Below are positions 11,302-35,402 of a stretch of 63,240 nt of DNA, piece after piece. The first letter of the stretch is position 1; each line of letters opens with the position of its first letter. Both the position numbers and the translations under genes were made by a program. The notes under the pieces are model-generated. The model did not search any database and had not been told where the DNA came from. It worked only from the letters and a program-made list of their open reading frames with translations. Source of the DNA: Guillardia theta CCMP2712 (lineage: Eukaryota; Protista; Cryptophyta); contig NW_005434525.1 of assembly GCF_000315625.1 (NCBI RefSeq), positions 1 through 63,240 of the forward strand. The letters run 5' to 3'.

Positions 11302-13734
11302 CTATCTTCTCCTCAGGTTCCTCACTTGTACGTATCGCTGGTGCGCCTCCTCCGTCCGCAGCGCCGCCATTGTCACAACCTCAAGCTGCACTTCGCAGAC
11401 ATGGCGCGAGACGCCCAGGGCCGCTGCCTCCTCGCTGCGAAGAGCGAGGTTGAGGATGACGTCCCTCCTCCCCAGGCTGTCCCCCTCCTTCCTCCCCCCC
11501 ACCGTCTCCTCCCCCTCCTCCTCCCCCTCCTCCTCGCTCAGCCTGACTCTCTCCGTCATCCTGTTCTTCACTCGCAGCACGTCAACCTCTCTGTCCCTCT
11601 TGATGCCCGCGACGCACATCGATACCCCTCCTATGTCGTCGAACACGATCCTCGTCCTGCACACGTCCAGCAGCCTCCCCACCTGCCCCCCATACGATCT
11701 CATCACCTTCTCTACTGCCCTCCCTCTCGGCTTCAGCGAGACAATGCAGGATGGGATCTCCCCATGCTCCTCCTCCTCCTCTTCCTCCTCTTCCAGCAGC
11801 AGCAGCAGCTGCTGCTGCTTGTTTCCTTCCCCCTCCTCGTCCGCTCCCAGCTGCTGCTGCTGTAGTATCCCCTTCCCATACTGCTGCTCCTGAAGTACTC
11901 GGTTCTCCGGCATCTCATCATCCGCCATGACCTCCTCCCATTCCTCCCACTGATCCCTTCGTCCTCCCCTCGTCCTCCTCCCCGCAGCAAGCGTCCCCTT
12001 CCTCCGACCCGGCCGATCCACTTGCTCCGCCTCCTCCCCATCCCTCGCCGTCAGCCATCTCCCCTCCTCTCTTAGCTTCTGCTGCTGGCAGGCCTCATCC
12101 CACGTCACAAACGCCAGCCTCCCCTCCTCGTCTTTCACCACGAAGTATCCCCCCGACGCTCTCGCCCACCTCCTCACCTTCCTCGCCAGCAAGACGCGCA
12201 AGACCGCGGCCTGGGCGTACAGACGCTGGAGGGAGCAGACAGGGTTGCCCTCCCCGTCTACTTGCATGACACCGTCGACAGCAGCAGGAAGCAGCAGCTG
12301 CTTCAGGCGGAACCCCAACGTCCTCCTCCTCATGGCCTGCCGGACCAGCTCGTCTGCCTGCATCCTCTGTATGGACGCGCTCCCCACGATGAATCGGAGG
12401 AACTTGGACAGCTTCTTCGCATGCTCCAGCTGCCCGAGGTACAGCAGGAACAGCCGCCAACCAGACTCGTACCTGCTCCTGTCATGCTCCACGATGTTGC
12501 AGGAAGTGGAGATGACATGGTCGCGATAGAGGAGGATGGCGATGCTGCTGAGCGAGATCAGGAGGCCAGCATGGAAGGCCGGGGAGTAGGAGAGGAAGAA
12601 ACCGCTCGCGCACCAGGAGGAGAAGATCAGGACGGAGGAGACCCAAAAGTGCGTCTCGTCCTCAAAGAAGACGAGGCAGAGCAGAAAGCCGATGGCAAGG
12701 AGGAGGTCGGCGATCAGGCTTGTTGCGTTGCTCCCGTCTACCAGGATGAGGAGGGAGAGGAAGACTATAGTCCCGATGCTCCCGCACTGCACCGCCTGCT
12801 TCCCCTGCTTCTCCCTACTGCACAGCCCCAGGACCGCCGGCACGCCCATCACCAGCGCTCTCGTCAGGTTGAGGAGGATGACCAGGCTGGTCTGGAGGAC
12901 GGGGACGTGGTAGAGGAGGACGGAGGTAGCATTTCGGAGGAGGGGGAGCGAGTAGTCCTGCTCATCAGTAAAGGAGAAGACGCTGCGATCATGGTTGTTC
13001 ATCTTCCTCCAGTCGAACCTCCAGCCTGAGCCTCCGACCGTCTCCCATGCTCCGTCGCACGCGGAGCCTTCAAGGAGGAAGCGAAGGGGGTCCAGCTCCT
13101 CCCGATCCTCCCCAGTGACGATGAAGAAACCGTTCATGTCAACTGGACGAGGATAGGAGATGAGTAGGGTGCAGTTTCCGCTGTCCACCAGGAGGGGGGA
13201 GAGGGGGAGAGGGTTGTATAGGCTGTGTCTGACGTCGCTCTCGTCCTCCAGCATCCCAATCCCGTTGACATTCACTGGGCCCTCACACTCCCGGCCGTTT
13301 CTCAGCCTCCTGACTGAGAATCGGAAGCACTGCGCTCTTCTCCTCCCTCTCGTCGTCAGCCTTTCCGTCCATCCCACGACTTGCAGGAAGAACATCAGGG
13401 AGAGGAAGAGCAGGACCATGAGGAACGACTTCTTGCTCAGGATCGCCTCCACAGGACGAGAGCAGAAGAATACGCTCGAGTCGCTCATCCTATGCATGTG
13501 CTCCTCGTACCTCCGCAACCGATCGTCCAGGCTCTCCCCTCTCCCGCACATGGACCTCAGGTGACTGCGGATCGCTGCACAGCGCCCATCCTTGCAGTAG
13601 GCATGAAGAACCCCCAGCCTGCTGCAGGGGGCCGAATCGCCCTTGCCCTTTCCCGTCGACATCCCCGCTCCTCCCGCTCCGCCCGCTCCTCCTCCTCCTC
13701 CCGTTCCTGACGCTCTTCTTGCTCCACCCCCCAT
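11302..13734 (-). CDS. Multi-pass membrane protein with a discoidin/F5-8-like loop and a C-terminal RelA/SpoT-like nucleotidyltransferase domain
   Basis: Intronless ORF (first ATG 13734). The C-terminus reads LKPRGRAVEK..Y..LLDVCRTRIVF..RVKNR..GRRDVILN..HVCEVQL..AHQRY. DPLRFLLEGS..DGAW lies between TM1 and a bundle of ~5 hydrophobic helices. Confidence 0.75.
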   Translation of the reverse strand: MGGGARRASGTGGGGGAGGAGGAGMSTGKGKGDSAPCSRLGVLHAYCKDGRCAAIRSHLRSMCGRGESLDDRLRRYEEHMHRMSDSSVFFCSRPVEAILSKKSFLMVLLFLSLMFFLQVVGWTERLTTRGRRRAQCFRFSVRRLRNGRECEGPVNVNGIGMLEDESDVRHSLYNPLPLSPLLVDSGNCTLLISYPRPVDMNGFFIVTGEDREELDPLRFLLEGSACDGAWETVGGSGWRFDWRKMNNHDRSVFSFTDEQDYSLPLLRNATSVLLYHVPVLQTSLVILLNLTRALVMGVPAVLGLCSREKQGKQAVQCGSIGTIVFLSLLILVDGSNATSLIADLLLAIGFLLCLVFFEDETHFWVSSVLIFSSWCASGFFLSYSPAFHAGLLISLSSIAILLYRDHVISTSCNIVEHDRSRYESGWRLFLLYLGQLEHAKKLSKFLRFIVGSASIQRMQADELVRQAMRRRTLGFRLKQLLLPAAVDGVMQVDGEGNPVCSLQRLYAQAAVLRVLLARKVRRWARASGGYFVVKDEEGRLAFVTWDEACQQQKLREEGRWLTARDGEEAEQVDRPGRRKGTLAAGRRTRGGRRDQWEEWEEVMADDEMPENRVLQEQQYGKGILQQQQLGADEEGEGNKQQQLLLLLEEEEEEEEEHGEIPSCIVSLKPRGRAVEKVMRSYGGQVGRLLDVCRTRIVFDDIGGVSMCVAGIKRDREVDVLRVKNRMTERVRLSEEEGEEEGEETVGGRKEGDSLGRRDVILNLALRSEEAAALGVSRHVCEVQLEVVTMAALRTEEAHQRYVQVRNLRRR

Positions 13735-15435
13735 CTCCCCCCCCCCTCCTCCTCCTCCTCCTCCCAGCTTCAAGATCACTTCGTAAGAGATCGAAAACGA
13801 GGGAGCACAGAGTTGTGGTGGCACTTACTTGCAATGTAGTCAAGGCAACTTCATCTGTTTCATCATCAAGTCAGTCAAAGGCCAGGTGGAAGGAAAGCAA
13901 TCAAAACGCGCGCAGTAAACATAATACAAGAAAAGAGGAGCAGGAGCAGGTTGAAGCAGGAGAAGCAGGATGAAAGAGAGCAAGACATGCAAGATGATCA
14001 AGAGAAGGGGGAAACAGGAGGGGGAGGGGGAGGAGGAGGAGGAGGAGGAGGAGGACGAGGAAGAGAAATAAGAGGAAGGAGAGGGAGAGGAGGATGAAGA
14101 GGGAGAGGAGGATGAAGAGGGAGAGGGGGGGGGAGAGGATGAGGGAGAGGGAGAGGGAGAGGGAGAGGGAGAGGGAGAGGGAGAGGGAGAGGGAGAGGGA
14201 GAGGAAGAGGGAGAGGAAGAGGGAGAGGAAGAGGAAGAGGTAGAGGGAGAGGTAGAGGGAGAGGGAGAGGGAGAGGGTGCTGTTTGGACGAGTGGGGGGG
14301 GGAGGGCGTGTGGAATAGTCGGATCCTCGAGATCGCAGCGTTTGACACATAAACTTTACCAGCATTCCAATGATGAGGGGTAGGGGTAGGTACCCCACGT
14401 GATATTACTCGGTCTTTTCCTGGAAATGTTAGGGGTACTTGCTGGGTACCAAATGGATATGATGTATGGAACGGTGGGGTAGTACCAGTCTGTAACCAGT
14501 CTCCCGTTATATTTCGAGTTGATTGAATATTCATATCAAAATTTCAAATTTACCTCAAACATTTCTGTAGAACTCGCTATGGTTTGCTGTAATGAAAATC
14601 TTGAGATTCGCACCAATATAAATTTCAAAAATAATGTTCAAAACTTTGCATCCAATTATTGAAACTACCGGAAAGAAATTCAAATGTTTTTCTTTAAGTG
14701 GTCATGGTTTTTTTTCCAACTTTTACAGTGTGCTTGAGGCGGGCTTGATGTTTGTCTGCCTTCTTTACTACTACTCACACTGGTTTCAGTACGTTCCAGA
14801 ATTTTACCACCCGCCCACCCCTCCCTCCAGGAACCCCACCCCAACATGATACCACCCCTCGTTTTGGAATTGATTTCCAGGTAATTTCTACTTCAAATAT
14901 ACTACCCCTCATAGTTCAAATTCAACCTAACCACCCCCTGTGCACTACCCACATCCAATTTTTGACATCAATTTTTCAAAAAGCACTTTCACTTTACACA
15001 CTACCCCATCTACCTACCTTGGGGTCATACCCTACCCATGGTATATGTTTACTACAATCCAATGTGAATTCTGGCTACCCCACAATCTCATTTCTATATG
15101 ATCTCTTCCAATATATTTCACATGATATCCTACCTTATACTCTTTCTCAACAAACCTGATACCTACTACCCCTTTATTTCATACTACCCTACCCTTATTT
15201 CGCAATTTTCATGTTTCCTCTACCCACTCTGTGATTCCTCACCCTACCCCTTGGACAGGCCAATCCCGGTGCCTCCCCAAAACTAGTGACTACCCCACAA
15301 AAATAGGTCAAATGAAGGGGTTGTATTCAGGACCCCACCCTTGATCGGTCGAATGGATATTGGCATGAACCAGGGAGCATGGGGGGGGATGGAGGAGATG
15401 GAGGAGATGGAGGAGATGATGATGATGATGATGGA

Positions 15436-15466
<31 letters not shown>

Positions 15467-15521
15467 ATGATGATGATGATGATGATGATGGAGATGATGA
15501 TGATGATGATGATGATGATGC

Positions 15522-15582
<61 letters not shown>

Positions 15583-15688
15583 ATGATGATGATGGAGATG
15601 ATGATGATGATGATGATGGAGATGATGATGATGGAAATGATGATGTGGAGGAGGATCAGGAGCAGGAGCAGGAGCAGGAAGAGACGGA

Positions 15689-15731
<43 letters not shown>

Positions 15732-16164
15732 TGACAGGGAGGGAGGGAGGGAGGGAGGCAGTGACAGGGAGGGAGGGAGGGAGGGAGGGAGGGAGACTGA
15801 GAGAGACAGAGCGAGAGACAGAGCGAGAGACAGAGCGAGCAAGACAGACAGAGCGAGCAAGACAGACAGAGCGAGCAAGACAGACAGAGCGAGACGAGCG
15901 GGGAGGGGGCGGGGTGGGAGATGAGGTGTGGGCTCAGTATGATGTAGATTTCGAAGAGATCTGGACACAAGAAGAGACGTGTGTAAAGCAGCAGACAGCA
16001 ATGCTACTTCAAGGATAGGCTGCTTAGTGCACTTTAGTGTGGTTGATATAACTTGTGTCGTTCTCCTGTCCTCTACGTATCTGACATGACATCTCGCAGT
16101 TGACAGAGGCGCGAGGAGGGAACTGGAAGAGAGAACACCTTGCTGTAGTTCTTCGTACGGTGCC

Positions 16165-29480
<13,316 letters not shown>

Positions 29481-30131
29481 ATGCGGTAAAGTGTATATGA
29501 CGTATATGACCACCCGTGTGACAAATAACCTTCTTTTTGTCAAAATCGGTCACGAGGGATGCTGACCAAGTACCCAGGGTACTTCTTCGTGACCAATCTG
29601 AACAATTGGGGAGATGGAGAGGAATCCTGCTCAGGGGGAGATGGAGCGTCTCTGATCCTCGTTGGAGGCTACCTGTGTCTCTCGTGCGTCAATGACCATC
29701 ATTGGATGCTACCAGGGTCGGTCGTGGGGCTAGCCAAGCGCGATAGCGCTGGCGTGTGTGCGCTAGCACACAAGAGCATCAATCCCTTCTCAATTGCTTT
29801 GAAAGCAATCACATCCTAACAGGCTGTTTTGTGAGGTGTGCTCTTTGGGCACCACCGAATAAAGTTATTCAACACCCAACTTAGCTGGCAGTTGAATGTT
29901 TAAAAAACATTGTTCATTCTCCTTACCATTCTCATAAGGCTTTTTGCTCTCTAATGAGGGTCGGAGCTAAGCCCTGCGCAGCTGGGCGGTGTGCGCAGCA
30001 CACAGAGCAAGGGATCCTTTGTCAGTCATCACATAGCAACCCTCCACACAATCACAAACCCTCCACAAACCCCAACGCCACCCCGCCAAATTATATTTAG
30101 TCTTCTTATGTACTAGATGATGATCATGGAT

Positions 30132-30239
30132 GTTGGCGGGGACGCGGGGACGTTATCCTAAAGTTTTCTATATCTCTTTATCCAACCCCTCCTCGCCATA
30201 TGCAAAAGTTTAGGATAACGTCCCCGCGTCCCCGCCAAC
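30132..30239. repeat. 31-bp perfect inverted repeat with a 46-nt spacer
   Basis: gttggcggggacgcggggacgttatcctaaa (30132-30162) is the exact reverse complement of 30209-30239. Confidence 0.97.
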
Positions 30240-30290
30240 TACACCCCTATCCCCAACTATCACAAAGATTCCTCTAATAATTATTCATAA

Positions 30291-30511
30291 ATCTCTCTTA
30301 CATCACATCAGGTATTCAATAGAGTATTTATTCATTCTCTCTATCTTCTCTAAACTAACTTCTATTTTCTATAAGAAATATTTGAAATATTAATATATCC
30401 CCCTTATCTTCTAGTCTTCTATGTACTATAACATGATCTATAAGATCTTATTCATCTCTCTTACATCACATCAGGTATTCAATAGAGTATTTATTCATTC
30501 TCTCTATCTTC
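30291..30511. repeat. 58-bp perfect direct repeat (30291-30348 and 30454-30511)
   Basis: atctctcttacatcacatcaggtattcaatagagtatttattcattctctctatcttc occurs twice. Confidence 0.95.
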
Positions 30512-30566
30512 CCACCGCCGCCCCCAGCGGAACCCCCACTCAGATTATTTTATTGATATTGTATAA

Positions 30567-30803
30567 ATGAATGAAGCCCAGTATCTGTATCGTATGAAGC
30601 AGAAGCAATACAATACATTCATTAAGGACCTTGTTGAATCTATATTCAGGAACGAATATGTCCTAGATTTCTTCATTAAAAACAATCTTCTAACTAGGGA
30701 GCAAATCAGCTATTATGAGCAATCGAGCTTTACCAACACTTATAGAAAGAAGCGAGCTAAAATTGGCATAAGAAAGGAAACTGTCTATCTGATTTTTAAT
30801 TAA
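30567..30803 (+). CDS. Small hypothetical virus-like protein, 78 aa
   Basis: AT-rich intronless ORF with taaATG context and a basic C-terminus, tightly coupled to the next ORF. Confidence 0.6.
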   Translation: MNEAQYLYRMKQKQYNTFIKDLVESIFRNEYVLDFFIKNNLLTREQISYYEQSSFTNTYRKKRAKIGIRKETVYLIFN

Positions 30804-30821
30804 ATCTACATTCTAATTAAA

Positions 30822-33050
30822 ATGAGCACCTGGATCAGTGGCTTGTCTGTTGATACAGTTCAATATCAGATCAGTTCCCTTAAAACAGCTATCATCAAAT
30901 TAGATGAGGCACATAAAGCATTGGAGGGTGTTGTTAGTACAAACACAGATGATATCCAAGCCAACGCAACGAGCATTGAAGCCAACGCAACGAGCATTGA
31001 AGCCAACGCAGCGAACATTCAAGCCAACGCAACGAGCATTGAAGCCAACACTACGAGCATTGACACCCTACAAACAAGTGTTGATGCCAACACCACGAGC
31101 ATTGACACCTTACAATCAACAATAACAGATTTATCAAGTGATGTTGAAAACAACTCCAACGCAATATCTACCTTACAATCTATCATAAACCTAGCTGAGA
31201 ATGCCAACAATCAAACATTGACAGCACTGTTCAACAATGACTCCGATCTGATCCAATTGCTCTATGATGATCAAGCGGCTACTTACACAATCAGTTTAAG
31301 AAAGCAAGATGGCTCATATATCACTATTCAGGACATCATAGATAGCATCAATGGTCTGGTAAATAGTGTTAACAGCATATCAAATCCAGATGATGAAGCC
31401 AATCTTGGGGACATAGTTGATACAGCAAATGACGCATTTGACATCTTCTCTGGTCTTGGCGACTTTGCTTCCGCTGGTGCTGGTTTTGTTGGAGGTCTTA
31501 TAGCTTCATCCTTGAATACAAGCAAGGCCGATGGTCTGTTTTTATTGAACTGGATTAATGTTTTACGGCTTGCTATTGGCACTGTTATAAATCTGTTAGA
31601 GACAGAGATAATACATAGACTTCATCAAGACAGAGCAATCAAGATATATTCACGCAACACAACAGATGGATCACAACTCAATCTAGCTGCTGGCGAAGCA
31701 TATGTATATGATAGCACATATAAGATCGATGTTGAAGGAAACACAACGACTGAATTAGATAGCAGGCTTATATCATTCCAAGGCGAGGAGATCTTAACAC
31801 TAGGGAATGAACTGACACAAACAGAATTAGATGAATATGTGTTTGGTTTTACACTACAGGAAAGCGAAACCTCTGGTGGTATTATTGAGATGATCAATGT
31901 TTTGAGAGACTACAAAACAATCTTCAAAGGTAATACATTGTTTCTTGATGATGTCACGTTACCCAATTATTACACCAAGACCGAGATTGACACCTCTAAC
32001 GAGAACTATTACACCAAGGAATATATTGATGGGTTGAACATTGGAGTTGGGGATCTATACATCAACGATACAAACTATTTATCGACTGTCTCAGGTCAAT
32101 ATGGCAGTGTTCAAATCAATGGCTCTGGTGTAAATAGTTGGCAGGGGTACAGCATTGATGGCAGGGTTGTATTTACGCATGATGGCAATAATGAATGGGG
32201 CATTTATGACGATGTCAATAATAGATGGAAGTACAAAAATAATATTGATGTTGCTCTTGATGAAGCAAACAATAATACGTGGATTGAAAGCAAATCCTTG
32301 GTTATTCAAAACATTTTAGGCACACCATCAGATGAAAGAACAAATAGGAAAACAAACTTAGCTTTTCATGTTCACACTTCATCAACGTGGGCGAGTGGTT
32401 CAGCAACTGAAACAATAACAAAGGGAGCAACTTATGCTTCTATATCAATACTTGGAGGAGATAAAGCAAATGAATATCAAGGATTTTCAGCAACTGGTAT
32501 GTCTGGATATGGTGCTCTTGTAAAAGAAAGAGAGGTAATAAAGATATATCCATATGGCACCAATCAATTCTTCAAAAACATACCTGTGGATGTTGATTTT
32601 GCTGCAAATATCAATTGCGCAAATAATCTTAGTATAACGGGCACATCAACATTAACCGGAGCAGTTACTTGTTCAGCAGCACTGAGCGTAGGAACTACAT
32701 TGAGTGTAACAGGCACATCATCCTTTACCGGGAATGTTGCCCTTGAGGGGGAGGAAGAGAAGGAGCAGCATGGTGGTTTTAATATATTCCACCTGTTCCT
32801 ATGTGTGTTGGCTCTTACTAGCCCGTTCAACTTAGGTAAGACAATGATCACTCAGCCCCATGTTCTTCTCCTCGTACCCCTATGCTCCTGCCTCTCGCCT
32901 GAATCCCTGCCTGCTTGCCTGCCTTCGTTTCTCCTTATGTCCCCTCTCCCCCGCCTCCTCTCCCCCGCCTCCGCTCCCTCCTCTCCCTCCTCTCCTCCTC
33001 ACACTCCGCACGTCTCGCCGTCAAGCTCGAGCTGTCTGTGTCTTTGGTAG
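30822..33050 (+). CDS. Viral fibre/tail-fibre-like protein, apparently truncated at ~32745 and reading through into host DNA
   Basis: Heptad repeats (ANATSIE)n encoded by 21-bp repeats; YYTKTEID/YYTKEYID motifs; GQYGSVQ..WQGYSIDGRVVF..GIYDDVNNRW block; C-terminal LSxTGTSTLTG beta-repeats. Composition changes after ...GNVAL. Confidence 0.72.
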   Translation: MSTWISGLSVDTVQYQISSLKTAIIKLDEAHKALEGVVSTNTDDIQANATSIEANATSIEANAANIQANATSIEANTTSIDTLQTSVDANTTSIDTLQSTITDLSSDVENNSNAISTLQSIINLAENANNQTLTALFNNDSDLIQLLYDDQAATYTISLRKQDGSYITIQDIIDSINGLVNSVNSISNPDDEANLGDIVDTANDAFDIFSGLGDFASAGAGFVGGLIASSLNTSKADGLFLLNWINVLRLAIGTVINLLETEIIHRLHQDRAIKIYSRNTTDGSQLNLAAGEAYVYDSTYKIDVEGNTTTELDSRLISFQGEEILTLGNELTQTELDEYVFGFTLQESETSGGIIEMINVLRDYKTIFKGNTLFLDDVTLPNYYTKTEIDTSNENYYTKEYIDGLNIGVGDLYINDTNYLSTVSGQYGSVQINGSGVNSWQGYSIDGRVVFTHDGNNEWGIYDDVNNRWKYKNNIDVALDEANNNTWIESKSLVIQNILGTPSDERTNRKTNLAFHVHTSSTWASGSATETITKGATYASISILGGDKANEYQGFSATGMSGYGALVKEREVIKIYPYGTNQFFKNIPVDVDFAANINCANNLSITGTSTLTGAVTCSAALSVGTTLSVTGTSSFTGNVALEGEEEKEQHGGFNIFHLFLCVLALTSPFNLGKTMITQPHVLLLVPLCSCLSPESLPACLPSFLLMSPLPRLLSPASAPSSPSSPPHTPHVSPSSSSCLCLW

Positions 33051-33120
33051 AGAAATGGAGGAAGGTGCAGGTGAACATGCACCAAGTTGAACGAGGAAGA
33101 AGGAGCAGGCGATACAGAAG

Positions 33121-34860
33121 CAAGACACGCTGGGGTAGTCTACATGTACTCATACAAGACACGCTGGGGTAGTCTACATGTACTCGTACCAGACACGCTG
33201 GGGTAGTCTACATGTTACTCGTACCAGACACGCTGGGGTAGTCTACATGTACTCGTACAAGACAACAGGCTGGGGTAGTCTACATGTACTCGTACCAGAC
33301 AACAGGCTGGGGTAGTCTACATGTCACTCGTACAAGACACGCTGGGGTAGTCTACATGTCACTCGTACAAGACACGCTGGGGTAGTCTACATGTGCTCGT
33401 ACAAGACAACGGGCTGGGGTAGTCTACATGTACTCGTACCAGACAACAGGCTGGGGTAGTCTACATGTTACTCGTACCAGACACGCTGGGGTAGTCTACA
33501 TGTACTCGTACCAGACACGCTGGGGTAGTCTACATGTACTCGTACAAGACACGCTGGGGTAGTCTACATGTACTCGTACAAGACAACAGGCTGGGGTAGT
33601 CTACATGTACTCGTACCAGACACGCTGGGGAAGTCTACATGTAACTCGTACAAGACAACAGGCTGGGGTAGTCTACATGTTACTCGTACAAGACACGCTG
33701 GGGTAGTCTACATGTGCTCGTACAAGACACGCTGGGGTAGTCTACATGTACTCGTACAAGACACGCTGGGGTAGTCTACATGTACTCGTACAAGACACGC
33801 TGGGGTAGTCTACATGTACTCGTACAAGACACGCTGGGGTAGTCTACATGTCACTCGTACAAGACACGCTGGGGTAGTCTACATGTACTCGTACAAGACA
33901 CGCTGGGGTAGTCTACATGTACTCGTACAAGACACGCTGGAGTAGTCTACATGTCACTCATACAAGACACGCTGGGGTAGTCTACATGTACTCGTACAAG
34001 ACAACGGGCTGGGGTAGTCTACATGTACTCGTACCAGACAACAGGCTGGGGTAGTCTACATGTTACTCGTACCAGACACGCTGGGGTAGTCTACATGTAC
34101 TCGTACCAGACACGCTGGGGTAGTCTACATGTGCTCGTACAAGACACGCTGGGGTAGTCTACATGCACTCGTACAAGACAACAGGCTGGGGTAGTCTACA
34201 TGTACTCGTACCAGACACGCTGGGGAAGTCTACATGTAACTCGTACAAGACAACAGGCTGGGGTAGTCTACATGTCACTCGTACAAGACACGCTGGGGTA
34301 GTCTACATGTGCTCGTACAAGACACGCTGGGGTAGTCTACATGTACTCGTACAAGACACGCTGGGGTAGTCTACATGTACTCGTACAAGACACGCTGGGG
34401 TAGTCTACATGTACTCGTACAAGACACGCTGGGGTAGTCTACATGTACTCGTACAAGACACGCTGGGGTAGTCTACATGTACTCGTACAAGACACGCTGG
34501 GGTAGTCTACATGTACTCGCACAAGACACGCTGGGGTAGTCTACATGTACTCGTACAAGACACGCTGGGGTAGTCTACATGTCACTCGTACAAGACACGC
34601 TGGGGTAGTCTACATGTCACTCGTACAAGACACGCTGGGGTAGTCTACATGTACTCGTACAAGACAACAGGCTGGGGTAGTCTACATGTACTCGTACCAG
34701 ACAACAGGCTTGTGTAGTCTACATGTACTCGTACAAGACAGGCTGGGGTAGTCTACACGTACTCGTACAAGACAGACTGGGGTAGTCTACATGTACTCGT
34801 ACCAGACACGCTGGGGTAGTCTACATGTACTCGTACAAGACAGGCTGGGGTAGTCTACAT
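33121..34860. repeat. ~34-bp minisatellite (~50 units, variants of 34-37 bp) with a 595-bp higher-order repeat
   Basis: Consensus cgctggggtagtctacatgtactcgtacaagaca. The rare variant acaacgggct occurs at 33406 and 34001, and near-identical ORFs start at 33568 and 34163. Confidence 0.97.
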
Positions 34861-35086
34861 ACGTTTGTCAAGATTCTTTCATGTCTTTTGTCACGATCGG
34901 TTTGTCAGTCTGTGTATTCCTCTTCTTCAAAACCTCTGACAGATACACACTGTTCCTTCTCCTCTCTGTCTTGTCTCCCGTCGAGATTCACTTGTCTTCT
35001 TTGAACTTGTATTCAGACTACTTTACATTCAGTGATACATATAAACACGTGAGATGGTCTCTCCTAGGATACACATGTACACATTT

Positions 35087-35240
35087 TTATCTCCTTGTCA
35101 GGTTCCCTTCTTGGTCTATGGACGCTGACCACGGGCTGCTGTGGGCGACCAGGAAGCGCTGGTAGAGGCTGCAGCTGCATGGCACGAGGGTCCCTTGCCG
35201 GTCTATGGAGGCCTTGAAGCAAGCTCCGTATTGGCAGAAT
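35087..35240 (-). other. Diverged copy of a dispersed terminal-exon-like module (..YQRxLxAHSSxWSASIDxEGNLxRR*)
   Basis: Homologous to 50015-50107 and 50761-50895, with a stop codon at the same position in all three. Confidence 0.6.
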
Positions 35241-35273
35241 ACAGGAGCAGGAGCTGGAGCTGGAGCTGGAGCT

Positions 35274-35402
<129 letters not shown>

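Noticed and set aside
8022-13029. Numerous antisense and alternate-frame ORFs over the cyclase and RelA/SpoT-like genes
   Set aside because: Shadow ORFs caused by GC-rich codon usage; no motifs.
29559-29819. 86-aa ORF at the left end of the insert
   Set aside because: No recognisable motif, and composition differs from the two AT-rich ORFs; insufficient support.
33121-34860. CRISPR-like or guide-RNA array (also considered for 1497-1973 and 56022-57255)
   Set aside because: Units are contiguous with no unique spacers, and no associated effector gene is visible.
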